A stretch of DNA of 63,698 bases, filler included, from Octopus bimaculoides (taxonomy: Eukaryota): assembly GCF_001194135.2 (NCBI RefSeq). It is 6 parts of 5 records of this genome, joined end to end, with 100 filler letters (N's around TTAATTAATTAA, not from the genome) between each part and the next. Parts side by side here need not be neighbours in the genome. Positions count along the whole stretch, not along the records: positions 21,552 to 38,491 come from NC_068993.1; positions 38,592 to 41,125 come from NC_069001.1; positions 41,226 to 49,585 come from NC_068985.1; 3 more parts are not named here. One strand, written 5' to 3'. Each line of letters opens with the position of its first letter. Within the stretch, counting starts at the first letter, position 1. Both the position numbers and the translations under genes were made by a program. This document shows, one piece after another, positions 36,563 through 48,452 of the stretch. Under the pieces are notes generated by a model. It was given only the letters and a program-made list of their open reading frames with translations, made no database searches and was not told the DNA's origin.

Positions 36563-36774
36563 TATGCTTGTAAATGTATATAAGGCTATATATAGAGAGA
36601 AACAAACACTGTAAATATTCGGAAGTTCAATATTCGTGTATAAGTATAAATATATTTGTATATTTGCTGAACAGATTTACATGGAGTACACAAGATATAG
36701 AAGACTAAGGGGAGAGAGCGTGGTATTTTATGACCGGCAGCTGTTTCTAGGGGCTCGGAATTACGTAATAGATC

Positions 36775-37630
36775 CAGGATATGATTGACAACGATCCCTC
36801 CAAGTCAATCAGGTGCCTTGCCAGGTTCATGGGAGTATCTAAATTTTTTTATCCGGCAGGTAGTGTATCACGGTATTCGGCATTTCTCATAGAAGATGAG
36901 AAAAGGCCACTTTTTATTCCACGCCTTCAAAGACAAGAGGAAATACCGCGCTACGAAACTGTTGAACAAACTCAAGGATTCCCACCAACCGAACATGCTT
37001 GGGTTTTTCTCAGACAAGGAAAATTTCTGCCAGGATCAGATGGTGAACACACAGAACCACCGTTGACTTACCGTGTCCCCAAAACATGTACCGAGAGTGA
37101 TAAAAATCAAACATCCAGTCAACATCATGGTGTTTGGAGTGATCACTTGTGATGGCGACGTTATGTCTCTCATTCATCTTCCCACACGGTCTCACCATCA
37201 ACACGGATACTTACATCAACACGGATACTTACATCAAGTGCTTGGAGGAGGTTGTACTGCCCTGGGTCAAGTGGATGGCTGCTGGGAGACTTTATGTCTG
37301 GCAACAGGACTCTGCACCGTGCCACACAAGCAGAAGAATCCAGTCACAGTTTCTGTGACCACATCACCCCTAACATCTGACCACGTAACTACCCAGACTG
37401 TAACCCACTTGATTATTATGTGTGGGGCGCAGAAGACCAACAAAACTCTTTGTAGCACCAAAGATGAACTGAAGGCAAGGATTATGGCAGCATTCACCAA
37501 CTTAAACAAGGAGACCGTCCAGAAGAGTTGCAGGAGATTCCGGAGTCATCTGGAGACCGTGGATGAAGCCTATGGTGACTTCACTGAGCAAGTTTACTCT
37601 TTAGTGCTTCAAGATATTTTTATGTAACTT
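36775..37630 (+). pseudogene. Tc1/mariner transposase, DD37D (maT)-like, frameshifted
   Basis: FFSDKENFCQDQ..N.QNHR, KHPVNIMVFGVIT.DG, YIKCLEEVVLPW, WQQDSAPCHTS, W.P...DCNPLDYY.W and KDELKARIMAAF. Confidence 0.85.
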
Positions 37631-37737
37631 TGGTAAATATATCTGTTAAAATGCATAAACATGCAGAAACTAAGAATATGCAAAAGAAACTAATAAACTA
37701 TAGTAACTAATGAATTTATATACAAATATAAATATAT

Positions 37738-38185
37738 AGGGGTGAAAAACGTATTCGTACAGAACATAAATAACTGATAATTCTGATTCAATACTTCGTA
37801 GCATAACCATTATCTAGTTCCACTTCAACCAATCTCTTCTTGTAGCTCTTAATCAATGACTCGCATGTTTCTTTAGGAATTTTTTCCCATTCTTCTTGAC
37901 AAATTTTTTTCAAATCTGGAATGCACATTGGGGCTCTTGAATGAATTTTAACTTTCAAATAACGCCACAAATTCTCAATGGGGTTCAAGTCAGGTGACTG
38001 GCTTGGCCATTCTAATAATTTTATATTGTGATTGACAATCCATTTTTGGTAGACTTCGCCGTGTGCTTAGGGTCATTATCCTGTTATAAAACCATCTTTC
38101 CTCCAAACATGGCTACGCGAATTTCGTCCAAACAATTCAATTTTCGACTCGTCTGCCCAAAGAACATTAGGCATTTGATTACATT
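37738..38185 (-). pseudogene. Internally deleted Tc1 (DD34E) element
   Basis: VLWADESKIELFG..HVWRKDG is joined directly to QDNDPKHTAK..WPSQSPDLNPIENLW..RLVEV...GYATKY*. A TIR-like end lies near 37738. Confidence 0.85.
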
Positions 38186-38288
38186 AAACAACTCTATAAA
38201 CTTTTTAATAATTATATATTCCAGTTAATATACAAGAAATGTGAGTTTGTACTGACTCAAATAAAATTTTATTGTATTAAATATATTT

Positions 38289-38458
38289 TATCCAATTCCA
38301 TCAGAAAAGGAATAATGTCTTATGTCATAATAGTTGAGATATTTCCCTTGTATTACGGTACCCAAAATAAATTGTAAAATGAAATGAAAAGAAAATCAAA
38401 CGTACAACAAAACAAAACATACATCAATAAAATATTTATTGAGCAAAAAATGGTTTCT
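38289..38458 (-). repeat. Diverged duplicate of the 3' flank (25850-26020) of the four-exon gene
   Basis: Shared blocks TATCCAATTCCATCAG, AATGTCT, GATATTTCCCTT, TAAATTGT..AATGAAATGAAAA, AAATATTTATT and TGGTTTC, all in the same order. Confidence 0.75.
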
Positions 38459-38688
38459 CATATTCTTGTGATTTTATGGTCGATTTGTTACNNNNNNNNN
38501 NNNNNNNNNNNNNNNNNNNNNNNNNNNNNNNNNNNTTAATTAATTAANNNNNNNNNNNNNNNNNNNNNNNNNNNNNNNNNNNNNNNNNNNNACAGACAGA
38601 AAGAGCGAAACGGAAGACGACAGAAAGAATAAGGTACATAAACTATATATGAAGGGGGTTTCTTTTTAAGAATTTTGGCCTTAAATTA

Positions 38689-38722
<34 letters not shown>

Positions 38723-40439
38723 GTCTATGTATGTGAATGTTAAGTGATATAATATATATGTGTGTAAGTTATTGTTTATAGAGGATGGAAACGGAATGAA
38801 TAGAATCCATTGTAGATCATTAATTTTTATCCAACATTTCCTTGGAGAAAGAAAAGAAAAACAAAAAGAAAGAAAGAAAAAAGAATAAACGAAAAGGGCT
38901 GAAAGAAAGAGAGAAAGAAAAACGAAATTTAAAGATAAACGAATCCCTAATCTTGATTCCAACTCGGTGAAGAACACCTACACAACCCTATCCCCTCCCA
39001 TCGCAACCCCAGTTTTCAATCCTGTAACATCAACAGAAACTAATGAAACTGGAGCAGGCGTGGCTGTGTGGTAAGAAGTTTGCTTCCCAACCGCATGGTT
39101 CCGGTTTCAATCCCACTGCGCGGCACCTGGGCCAAATGTCTTAACAAATTCACTTATGGCTGCCACGTAATGCGATCGTTCGTTTATTGTTGGTCTCTCA
39201 TAATTATCGATGAGTCTGAAGTAATAAAAATAGTTTGATACTCAAGATATTCAAAGCCGTTGGACATCTTTGTGTGGCCGTTCGGTTGGTCAGCTGATTG
39301 GTTCACGTGGTTGGCCGTGTAAACTGATCATCGGCCACGTAGCAGCCGATCGTATCGAAGTCCTTTTCGTCGGGAAACACGTGTAGGTATGCTATGAAGC
39401 TGTCAGCAGCGAATCTGATATAGTGGCAGATGATGGACAGATTTTCTCTTTGATATCAACTCTGTTTCTGTTTCTATCCCTGACTGCTTGTTATTTTTCT
39501 GCTGATTGATACTCACCTTCATTTCCAAAGTTTACCTTTATTAGATTAGCCTGGGTCAGAGTTCCTCATCCGTTATTTTTTTCCATCTATAGACCTATTT
39601 AGTTCTTGTTTGATTCGGATGGTTCCTCATAACTATTTAATGTTTTAAAAATCCTATTATATTTTTCATAATCAAATATTATTAAGAATCGTACAGAAAA
39701 TTGTTGGAATATTTTGTGTGTTGTAGAAGTATAACCAAGGGCCTCATGTTTGATATGTCATCACTTGCTTATTCAAAGAGAAATTCACTAAAAGAGTGAA
39801 TAACAACACCATGTTGAAGCGTATTTTATCTGTCTTCACCTCCATCAAAATGTCGGTAATACCTTATCAACCGACACAATTACAGATCGTGGGTTCGATT
39901 CCCAGACCGGGCGATGTGCTGTGTTTTTGAGCTAGACACTTCATTTGCCATTATTCTGTGATCACTTCGACATCTGCGTGTACCACACCTTGCACCTGTA
40001 CAAGCAATATTTGACAGAGACATGGAGCTAATGTGCAGCACAAGAATTTGATCACAAGAAGCAAATCATCTGCGCATGTTGTACATGCAAGGTATTGCAG
40101 AGCCTTCGTCTGAGACCTACCACGGGAAAGTCCGCGATATAATATATATCGTTATAGCTAAGTATTAGAACAAGTATTACGAATGTGTTAATTGCATCTA
40201 TTTGGTTCTTTATATTAAGTTAACATCTAATCACCCGAATGCCACGTCTAATCTATTTATAATCAATTCTCTCTTCATTTGCTTTATTTTGGCTATCATC
40301 TGTCTTCCACATTGTCACAGAAAAGAAGAATTCCTGGGTTTGGAGTTCTCTGAATGCTTCACTCATTTCTTCTAAGTTCAACTTTCTCTTATTCTCTTGT
40401 AATTTTTTTCATACGTAGCTCAGACGAAAATCACTGTTC

Positions 40440-40502
40440 TGGATGCTGCAGTTGTTGTTGTTGTTGTTGTTGTTCTTCTTCTTCTTCTTCTTCTTCTTCA
40501 AG

Positions 40503-40545
<43 letters not shown>

Positions 40546-41233
40546 GTTATTGTGATTAATATTCTCTTTCAATGATTATTGGCCACTGTTATTTATATGA
40601 TTGCTGTTGTTCTCGACGGCGATACTATTATTATTANNNNNNNNNNATTATTATTATCATTATTATTATAATTATTGTTATTATTACTATTATTATTATC
40701 ATTATTATTACTATTACACGACGCTAGATGCCATTGTTATGATTGAATGGTGTGTAAGGTCGATTTTTTTTTCTTTTTTAAAGAGAGTGAGATGGGGAAA
40801 AGAGCTTCCGCTCTACACAGGACCAAAATGGGTGCTATATCAATAGTGAGAGGAGGAGAGCGGAAGAGAAAGAGAAGGCGAGGGGGGAAGAAGGAGAAGG
40901 TGGGGAAGAAGGAGAAGGTGGGCAGTGGGGGGTATGGGGTGGAATAAATAGGTTTGTAAATACATATCTAGAAATTATTTTTCATTTCATTTTCTCTTCT
41001 ATTGTTGTTGGGGTTTTTTTTGCAATAAATGGAATAAATGGTTATGTTGGAACATCAAGATTATGTGAATACGTGTATGTGCGCGCGTGTGTGTATGCGT
41101 ATGGGTTTACACACATATGCACAAGNNNNNNNNNNNNNNNNNNNNNNNNNNNNNNNNNNNNNNNNNNNNTTAATTAATTAANNNNNNNNNNNNNNNNNNN
41201 NNNNNNNNNNNNNNNNNNNNNNNNNACCACCAC

Positions 41234-41265
<32 letters not shown>

Positions 41266-41272
41266 CCACCAC

Positions 41273-41316
<44 letters not shown>

Positions 41317-42180
41317 ATCATCATCGTCGTCGTCATCGTCATCGTCATCGTCATCATCATCACTATCATCAAAATCGTCATCAGCATCATCCCCGTCTTA
41401 ATTACCATCGTCTTCATCATCCTCGCTTTCTTCTTCTTCTTCTTCTTCTTCTTCTTCTTCTTCTTCTTCTTCTTCTTCTTCTTCTTCTTCTTCTTCTTCT
41501 TCTCCTCCTTCAGTTTCGTTGTTCGTACTGCTATTCTTTTATTGTTGTTGCTGTTCTTATCGTTGCATCTTGTTGGTCAGCCACTGATACCATCTTTTAT
41601 TATTATTATTATTTTTGTTGCTTGCTGGTTTCGTTCAATATCATAACCATTATTGTTGTAGATGTTGTTGATGATAATGCTGTTGAATTTACTGTTCTTG
41701 CTGCTGCTAAATAATAATGTTTGTAATTGTTGTGATTGTTATTGGTCTTCTGTAGCTGATATTACATGTCATTGTTGTTGTTATTGTGCTTGTTGTTACT
41801 ATAGATGTCGCTATTGTAGTCCTTGTTATGTCATTTTTGTTTAATACTTTATTTCTTTATTTATTTGGGTTTTTGTTTGATTAATTAACTCCAACTGGTG
41901 GTGGAGGTGGTGGTGGTAGTGGTGGTGGTGGAGGTGGTGGTAGTGGTGGTGGTGATAGTGTGGTGTTAGTGTTGGTAGTCGTGTGAGTAGTGGTGGTGGT
42001 GGCGGTGATGGTTGTGGTTGTTATGATGGTGATTGGTGTGGTCGTGTTAGTGGTGGTGGTGGTGGTAGTAGCGATAGTGGTGTTAGCGATTATGGTAACG
42101 CTAGTGACGATGATGGCAGTGGCATCGTTGGTGGTGGTGGTGGTGGCGGTGGTGGAGGAGGACGAAGAAAATACTCAAGT
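40440..42180. repeat. Compound trinucleotide microsatellite field (TGT, TCT, TTA, CAT, CGT, GGT) with gaps
   Basis: Successive pure and degenerate triplet runs over about 1.7 kb. Confidence 0.9.
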
Positions 42181-42574
42181 NNNNNNNNNNNNNNNNNNNN
42201 NNNNNNNNNNNNNNNNNNNNNNNNNNNNNNNNNNNNNNNNNNNNNNNNNNNNNNNNNNNNNNNNNNNNNNNNNNNNNNNNNNNNNNNNNNNNNNNNNNNN
42301 NNNNNNNNNNNNNNNNNNNNNNNNNNNNNNNNNNNNNNNNNNNNNNNNNNNNNNNNNNNNNNNNNNNNNNNNNNNNNNNNNNNNNNNNNNNNNNNNNNNN
42401 NNNNNNNNNNNNNNNNNNNNNNNNNNNNNNNNNNNNNNNNNNNNNNNNNNNNNNNNNNNNNNNNNNNNNNNNNNNNNNNNNNNNNNNNNNNNNNNNNNNN
42501 NNNNNNNNNNNNNNNNNNNNNNNNNNNNNNNNNNNNNNNNNNNNNNNNNNNNNNNNNNNNNNNNNNNNNNNNNN

Positions 42575-42975
42575 GCCGGGCGAAATGCTTAGCGGCATTT
42601 CGTCTGCCGCTACGTTCTGAGATCAAATTCCGCCGAGGTCAACTTTGCCTTTCATCCTTTCGGGGTCGATTAAATAAGTACCAGTTACGCACTGGGGTCG
42701 ATATAATCGACTTAATCCGTTTGTCTGTCCTTGTTTGTTCCCTCTGTGTGTAGCCCCCTTGTGGGCAGTAAAGAAATAAGGATCGTTAACGCGCTGGACG
42801 AAATGCTTAGCGGTATTTCGTACGTCGCTACGTTCAAATTCCGTCGAGGTCGACTTTGCCTTTCATTCTTTCGGGGTCGATAAATTAAGTACCAGTTACG
42901 TACTGGGGTCGATCTAATCGACTAGCCCCGTCCCCCCAAAATCTCAGGCCTTGTGCCTTTAGTAGAAAGGATTAT
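42575..42975 (+). mobile_element. Second dimeric family-C SINE (5' end in gap)
   Basis: Same monomer order, tails and junction (AAAGAAATAAG|.A.CGTTA.C.CGC) as 17951-18385. Confidence 0.85.
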
Positions 42976-43034
42976 TTCTTATCTTCATCGCATGCCTCTC
43001 TTTCGATATTTTAGCGGCCGCTTTCGTTTATCAT

Positions 43035-43597
43035 TTATTTGTTTCAGTCACGTGACTGAGGTCATGCTGGAGGCAACGTCGTGAAGGGCATTTGATTGTA
43101 CGAATCGTACCCAGTAAAAGAAATTTCTTCCCCTTTAGATAAATACTTATTCTATCTGTTTCTTCTGAGGAAACGCTAAGTTACAGAGCCGTAAACAAAC
43201 CTAGACCGGTTGCCAAGTATTGGCTGGCGACAAAAACAAGCATGAAGGCGCGTGCGCACACTCACACAATATACACACACATACACATACAATGCACACA
43301 CATATAGACACAATACACACACACACACACAATAGACATACATACACATCAACACATACACTACACACACACAACATACATACACATACACACGCACAGT
43401 AGACACGCATACATATCAGCACACACATACACACACAATACAAACACATACACATATACAATACACACACACAATACACGCATACAATACACACAATACA
43501 CATACACTCACACACACAGACACACACACAGACACACAGACACACACACACACACACACTCACACACACAGACACACACACAGACACACACACAGAG

Positions 43598-43629
<32 letters not shown>

Positions 43630-43690
43630 ACACGCACACGTATATATTCTATGGGTTTCCTTCAGTTTCTGCTTTCCAAATTTACTCGAA
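43035..43690 (-). mobile_element. Older family-B SINE with an internal CA-rich microsatellite expanded to about 400 bp
   Basis: The B-type 3' half (TTTCAGTC..GTCATGCTGGAG..CGCTAAGTTAC) and 5' half (TTCAGTTTC..CCAAATTTACTC) flank the 43240-43650 repeat. Confidence 0.6.
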
Positions 43691-44830
43691 AGTCTTTCAT
43701 TTGTATTCATATGTTTGCTTCGTCAGACCTGGGAGTTAAACNNNNNNNNNNNNNNNNNNNNNNNNNNNNNNNNNNNNNNNNNNNNNNNNNNNNNNNNNNN
43801 NNNNNNNNNNNNNNNNNNNNNNNNNNNNNNNNNNNNNNNNNNNNNNNNNNNNNNNNNNNNNNNNNNNNNNNNNNNNNNNNNNNNNNNNNNNNNNNNNNNN
43901 NNNNNNNNNNNNNNNNNNNNNNNNNNNNNNNNNNNNNNNNNNNNNNNNNNNNNNNNNNNNNNNNNNNNNNNNNNNNNNNNNNNNNNNNNNNNNNNNNNNN
44001 NNNNNNNNNNNNNNNNNNNNNNNNNNNNNNNNNNNNNNNNNNNNNNNNNNNNNNNNNNNNNNNNNNNNNNNNNNNNNNNNNNNNNNNNNNNNNNNNNNNN
44101 NNNNNNNNNNNNNNNNNNNNNNNNNNNNNNNNNNNNNNNNNNNNNNNNNNNNNNNNNNNNNNNNNNNNNNNNNNNNNNNNNNNNNNNNNNNNNNNNNNNN
44201 NNNNNNNNNNNNNNNNNNNNNNNNNNNNNNNNNNNNNNNNNNNNNNNNNNNNNNNNNNNNNNNNNNNNNNNNNNNNNNNNNNNNNNNNNNNNNNNNNNNN
44301 NNNNNNNNNNNNNNNNNNNNNNNNNNNNNNNNNNNNNNNNNNNNNNNNNNNNNNNNNNNNNNNNNNNNNNNNNNNNNNNNNNNNNNNNNNNNNNNNNNNN
44401 NNNNNNNNNNNNNNNNNNNNNNNNNNNNNNNNNNNNNNNNNNNNNNNNNNNNNNNNNNNNNNNNNNNNNNNNNNNNNNNNNNNNNNNNNNNNNNNNNNCC
44501 ACCACTACCACCACCACTACCACCACCACCACCACCACCACCACCACCACAACCACAACAACAACAACAACAACAACAATAACAGCAACAATAACAACCA
44601 ATATTACGACTACTACCGTTACTGCCACCACCGCCACAACCACCATTACCGCAACAGTTGATGAAGCCACGCCTAACCTTAAACAAGACAGTAGTAAAGT
44701 GTTTGTGAAAGTAACGAGATTACCAAAATCATGACCCTAAAGAATCCTCTATATCTGTCTGTCTGTATCTATCTGTTTAACTATGTCAGTCTGTCTTTGT
44801 CTATAAGTTTATACGATTGCCTGTCTATCT

Positions 44831-45187
44831 CAGGAGTTTTCAACAAATTGTTTCTTTTTTATCTCTGGACCCCTTTGATTTCTATTTTATTCTGGTGGAC
44901 CCCCATAGCCATTCGATGTTTAAAAAGCTAGTTTTATAGAAACTTCTTTCAAAATTCCTGCTTTGTTTTTCACATATTAACTTGTGTAGGTTAAACTAAG
45001 TAAAATGTCTGAAAAGGAAACACACCTAACTGTTTCTTGCTATACATACCAATACATACATCTAAATCAAAATCTTTTCATGGGCCCTTAAAATACAATT
45101 GTGGATCTCCAATACGTTGTTGCGTAGACCCTCAAAAATCTTATATAGACCTTCAGGGTCCATATGGACCCCATTTAAGAACCACTG
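44831..45187. mobile_element. Non-autonomous hAT element (357 bp) with 8-bp TSD
   Basis: TIRs CAGGAGTTTTCAAC and TTTAAGAACCACTG, flanks GTCTATCT and ATCTATCT (7/8 match), and repeated subterminal GGACCC motifs. Confidence 0.75.
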
Positions 45188-45524
45188 ATCTATCTGCTCT
45201 TCTGTGACATTCTCCTTGATTGTTTATATGCCAATTTCTAATTTCCAAATACAAGTGTTGTAGTTTTTATCAGGACGAATGACGTAATTCGAAGATTTAA
45301 CTGAAATTTCTTAGCAGATGGAGAGATCGCTCATTGTTCGTGCGTGTGTATGATAACGTAACATTCTTAAATAGGGTGTTGCGGACAGATGACGAGCAGT
45401 TTTATCTGGGTGGTGCGGTCAACAATTGAAATTGTAACATTGAGTCCAATACCATTCCTCGTGAATTTCATAAACAAACATTCTAGTCACCAAAAAGACA
45501 AAACAAATCATCGTTTGGAAAGAT

Positions 45525-46325
45525 TCAACGTGAGCAGCTAATTTCCACAGCTGTGCACAGTTCCTCTTCTCTATCCCAAATCATTATATCAGGTCTGTTT
45601 TGCTTATATTTTATCGAGGTCTTCACTGGGACGTTCCACCAGTATTCCTTTTCAATATGAGTGGCTATGGCTTCTACTATATTGTGGGTTCTTAATTCTT
45701 TGTCATCGGGATTATCCTTCTGAAGGATTTCATTATAAAGTGTCCTAGCTACAACATCATGTCTCATCGGTAGATAATACCATGATGACAGTTCCGGACA
45801 ACTGCTTATGATGTGAGTGATATCTTCAGTGTGAACTCCACAATGTCTGCATCGGTTGTCACATTTTACGGCTTTTCCTGCATCTCTATCCTTTTTGTGC
45901 ACCTGGTACTCAGTTGATAATACCTGTTCCTGGATTGCAAACGCATACCCTTCAAAGTGGGAGGTAGTAATCCGGCTATTCGTCCATGATAAACTGCTTT
46001 GATGATCGATGTTACTACCATCACGGAGCTTTCTCCTAACATATCCGTGCATAGTCTTCTGCTCATACAAGCTCATCCTTTCATCTGATGATACGTTGCG
46101 GTAGAGTCGTGCGAATTCTTTGGGCATGTATTCTAAATTATCAGACAAAGAGTGTTGCTCAAGGAGCTGCCTTCCAAGTTTTATGATGTTATCAGCCTCA
46201 TGTATGCAAACTTGGTCAAGAGATTCACTTCGACACCTGGTCGTTAAAAGATGTTGCCGAAGGGATATGATGCGACATTCAAAGGCATTTGGGATCGATT
46301 TTAAGCCTCTGTCGCCTTGTTTTCC
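45525..46325 (-). pseudogene. R4/Dong-like (RLE) retrotransposon fragment: RT thumb, CCHC knuckle, endonuclease start
   Basis: KQGDRGL, MHGY, FEGYAFAIQEQ, CRHCGVHTEDITHIISSC, RHDVVAR, YWWNVP and NRPDIMIWD. Confidence 0.9.
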
Positions 46326-46805
46326 TTTGTATGTATGTATGTATGTATGTATATATGTATGTACATACGTATGTTTGTATGTATGTAGATGGCAGCGTTT
46401 ACGTTTATACATGCATGCATATACGTTCGTATATTTGTGTAAGCGTGTGCGCGCGCATCGGTAGTATTAACGTAGGACATTCTAGTTCCAATTTTGTTTT
46501 AAGGCTATATTTTCATTTTATCGTATGATTTCTCTCGCAGAATATTTCAACCAGTAAAATCCCCTTATCAATCATCTAGACCTTCAAATCCATCATCGAG
46601 ACCTTTTAGGGTCGGAGGTCTAAAATGTTGATGATGGATATGAAAAATTTGCTGTTCCAAATAGACTGCAGGGAAGGCATGAATAAAAAAAAAAAATCTT
46701 TAAAAATAGATTAAAGTGATAAAAATATGCACACACTCAAGTTTTCAGAAGATACCTACATCAAAAGCTGTTCACCATATATACACATTGAAACAGACAG
46801 ACAAA

Positions 46806-46850
<45 letters not shown>

Positions 46851-47087
46851 GGCCAGTCAGCCAGCCAGCCGGCCAGCCAGCCAGCTAGCCCGCTAGCCGG
46901 CTAGCCAGACAGACAGAGAGACAGACAAACAGTTACATAATATATATATATATATATATAATAATAATAATACAAATGATATATGAGCATATGCATATAT
47001 ACATACATATATGTACATACCTACATCTACATGTCTATATAGATGCATATCCGGGTACAGGACGTCAAAAAACGTGAACAAAAAACG

Positions 47088-47123
<36 letters not shown>

Positions 47124-47361
47124 NNNNNNNNNNGCCAGCCAGCCGGCCAGCCAGCCAGCTAGCCCGCTAGCCGGCTAGCCAGACAGACAGAGAGACAGAC
47201 AAACAGTTACATAATATATATATATATATATATAATAATAATAATACAAATGATATATGAGCATATGCATATATACATACATATATGTACATACCTACAT
47301 CTACATGTCTATATAGATGCATATCCGGGTACAGGACGTCAAAAAACGTGAACAAAAAACG

Positions 47362-47398
<37 letters not shown>

Positions 47399-47606
47399 TA
47401 TGTATATATATGTATGTATATATATATATATGTATGTATATATATATACATACATACATACATACATAATAGACGTATGTTTATTACATATATTACATAC
47501 GGCTTTTTCTAATGATGTAATGTTTCCATTAATCAATTAAGAATTCGTTGGAAGCAGCTGTAATGAATTGACACATTATCCATCTGTTGTTACTTATTTA
47601 TGTGCA

Positions 47607-48160
47607 TTAGGTCATCCCATAAATAATGCGTTTGTTTCAATTACATTAACTAAAAGTCGGAGGGGGACAGCATAAACTACCTGCATCAACTTGCTACAAA
47701 AGCAGATAGCATTTTACCTTGTACTAATTCTTAGTGCAAGTATTGAGGAATGCAGTTCGATTTTAACAGTCATTTATTCAAAGATATAATGGAAGTGACA
47801 CAGGAGAATATCCGACATATGTTGCTTTATGAGTTCAATGAAGGCAACAACTCAACGGAAAGTGCGAGGAATATTAATGCAGGATATGGGGGATCGGTAA
47901 ATAAGCGTTAGTCAGTGTCAACGGTGGTTCCAGAAATCCCGAGCCGGAAAATACAGCCTAGAAGACGAACCTCGTCCCGGAAGATCTGTAGAGCTCAACG
48001 AGGACGTCCTACAATCGACACCTGCAGGTCATCGAAAAAGTCAGGAAATTGGGTCAATGGGTTCCTCACAAACTTTCCGAGTCTAATCACGTGCAGAGAG
48101 TGAATGTGTGCACTTCTTCGCTGTCACGTCTCACGAACGAACCTTTCAGGTTTCCCCACA
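47607..48160 (+). pseudogene. Mariner element 5' portion with internal deletions
   Basis: TIR TTAGGTCATCCCATAAATAATGCG. Peptides IRHMLLYEF, QRWFQKSRAG..SLEDEPRPGRS and KLGQWVPHKLS. Confidence 0.85.
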
Positions 48161-48294
48161 ATAAAAAATCTGGGTTATTCAAGTCTGGGGAACGTGAAGG
48201 TCATTCAAAGTAGACCTCACANNNNNNNNNNCACAATAAAAAATCTGGGCTATTCAAGTCTGGGGAACGTGAAGGTCATTCAAAGTAGACCTCA

Positions 48295-48385
48295 CACATG
48301 GTTCTAGCAAGATGGGGCAACTGCTCATACCGCAAGAGAAACTGAAGTTGCTACGGCAGTGCTTTGGAGAGAGAATAATCTCCTG
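48295..48385 (+). pseudogene. Small Tc1/mariner-family catalytic-domain fragment
   Basis: TWF*QDGATAHTARET, then (shifted) LLRQCFGERIIS. Confidence 0.6.
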
Positions 48386-48416
48386 CTATTGTCTCTCCCT
48401 GTTTATTTCTGTTTTC

Positions 48417-48452
48417 CTTTCTGTCGAAGAGCGTAGGCTCGAAACGTAAAAG
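48417..48452 (+). ncRNA. Minimal type-I hammerhead-like motif with non-canonical core (CUGUCGA) in a Penelope-type repeat end
   Basis: Stem I CTTT/AAAG, box CTGTCGA, stem II GAGC-GTAG-GCTC, GAAA, palindromic ACGT stem III, and GUA cleavage triplet. Confidence 0.5.

Noticed and set aside
39720-39860. Minus frame DILMEVKTDKIRFNMVL resembling exon 3 (CIRMEISNRELQFSLTI)
   Set aside because: No Cys, no suitable splice sites and no DNA-level similarity. The resemblance is at chance level.
40860-42160. G-quadruplex or triplex potential in G-rich purine runs and (GGT)n
   Set aside because: This is a by-product of simple repeats, with no linked feature suggesting function.
46860-47396. Perfect tandem duplication of about 264 bp
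   Set aside because: The copies are separated by a 10-N gap and are essentially identical, typical of an unmerged contig overlap.
48157-48298. Direct repeat of about 65 bp (TIKNLGYSSLGNVKVIQSRPH x2)
   Set aside because: It straddles a 10-N gap and is a probable overlap artefact. The same applies at 51362-51420.
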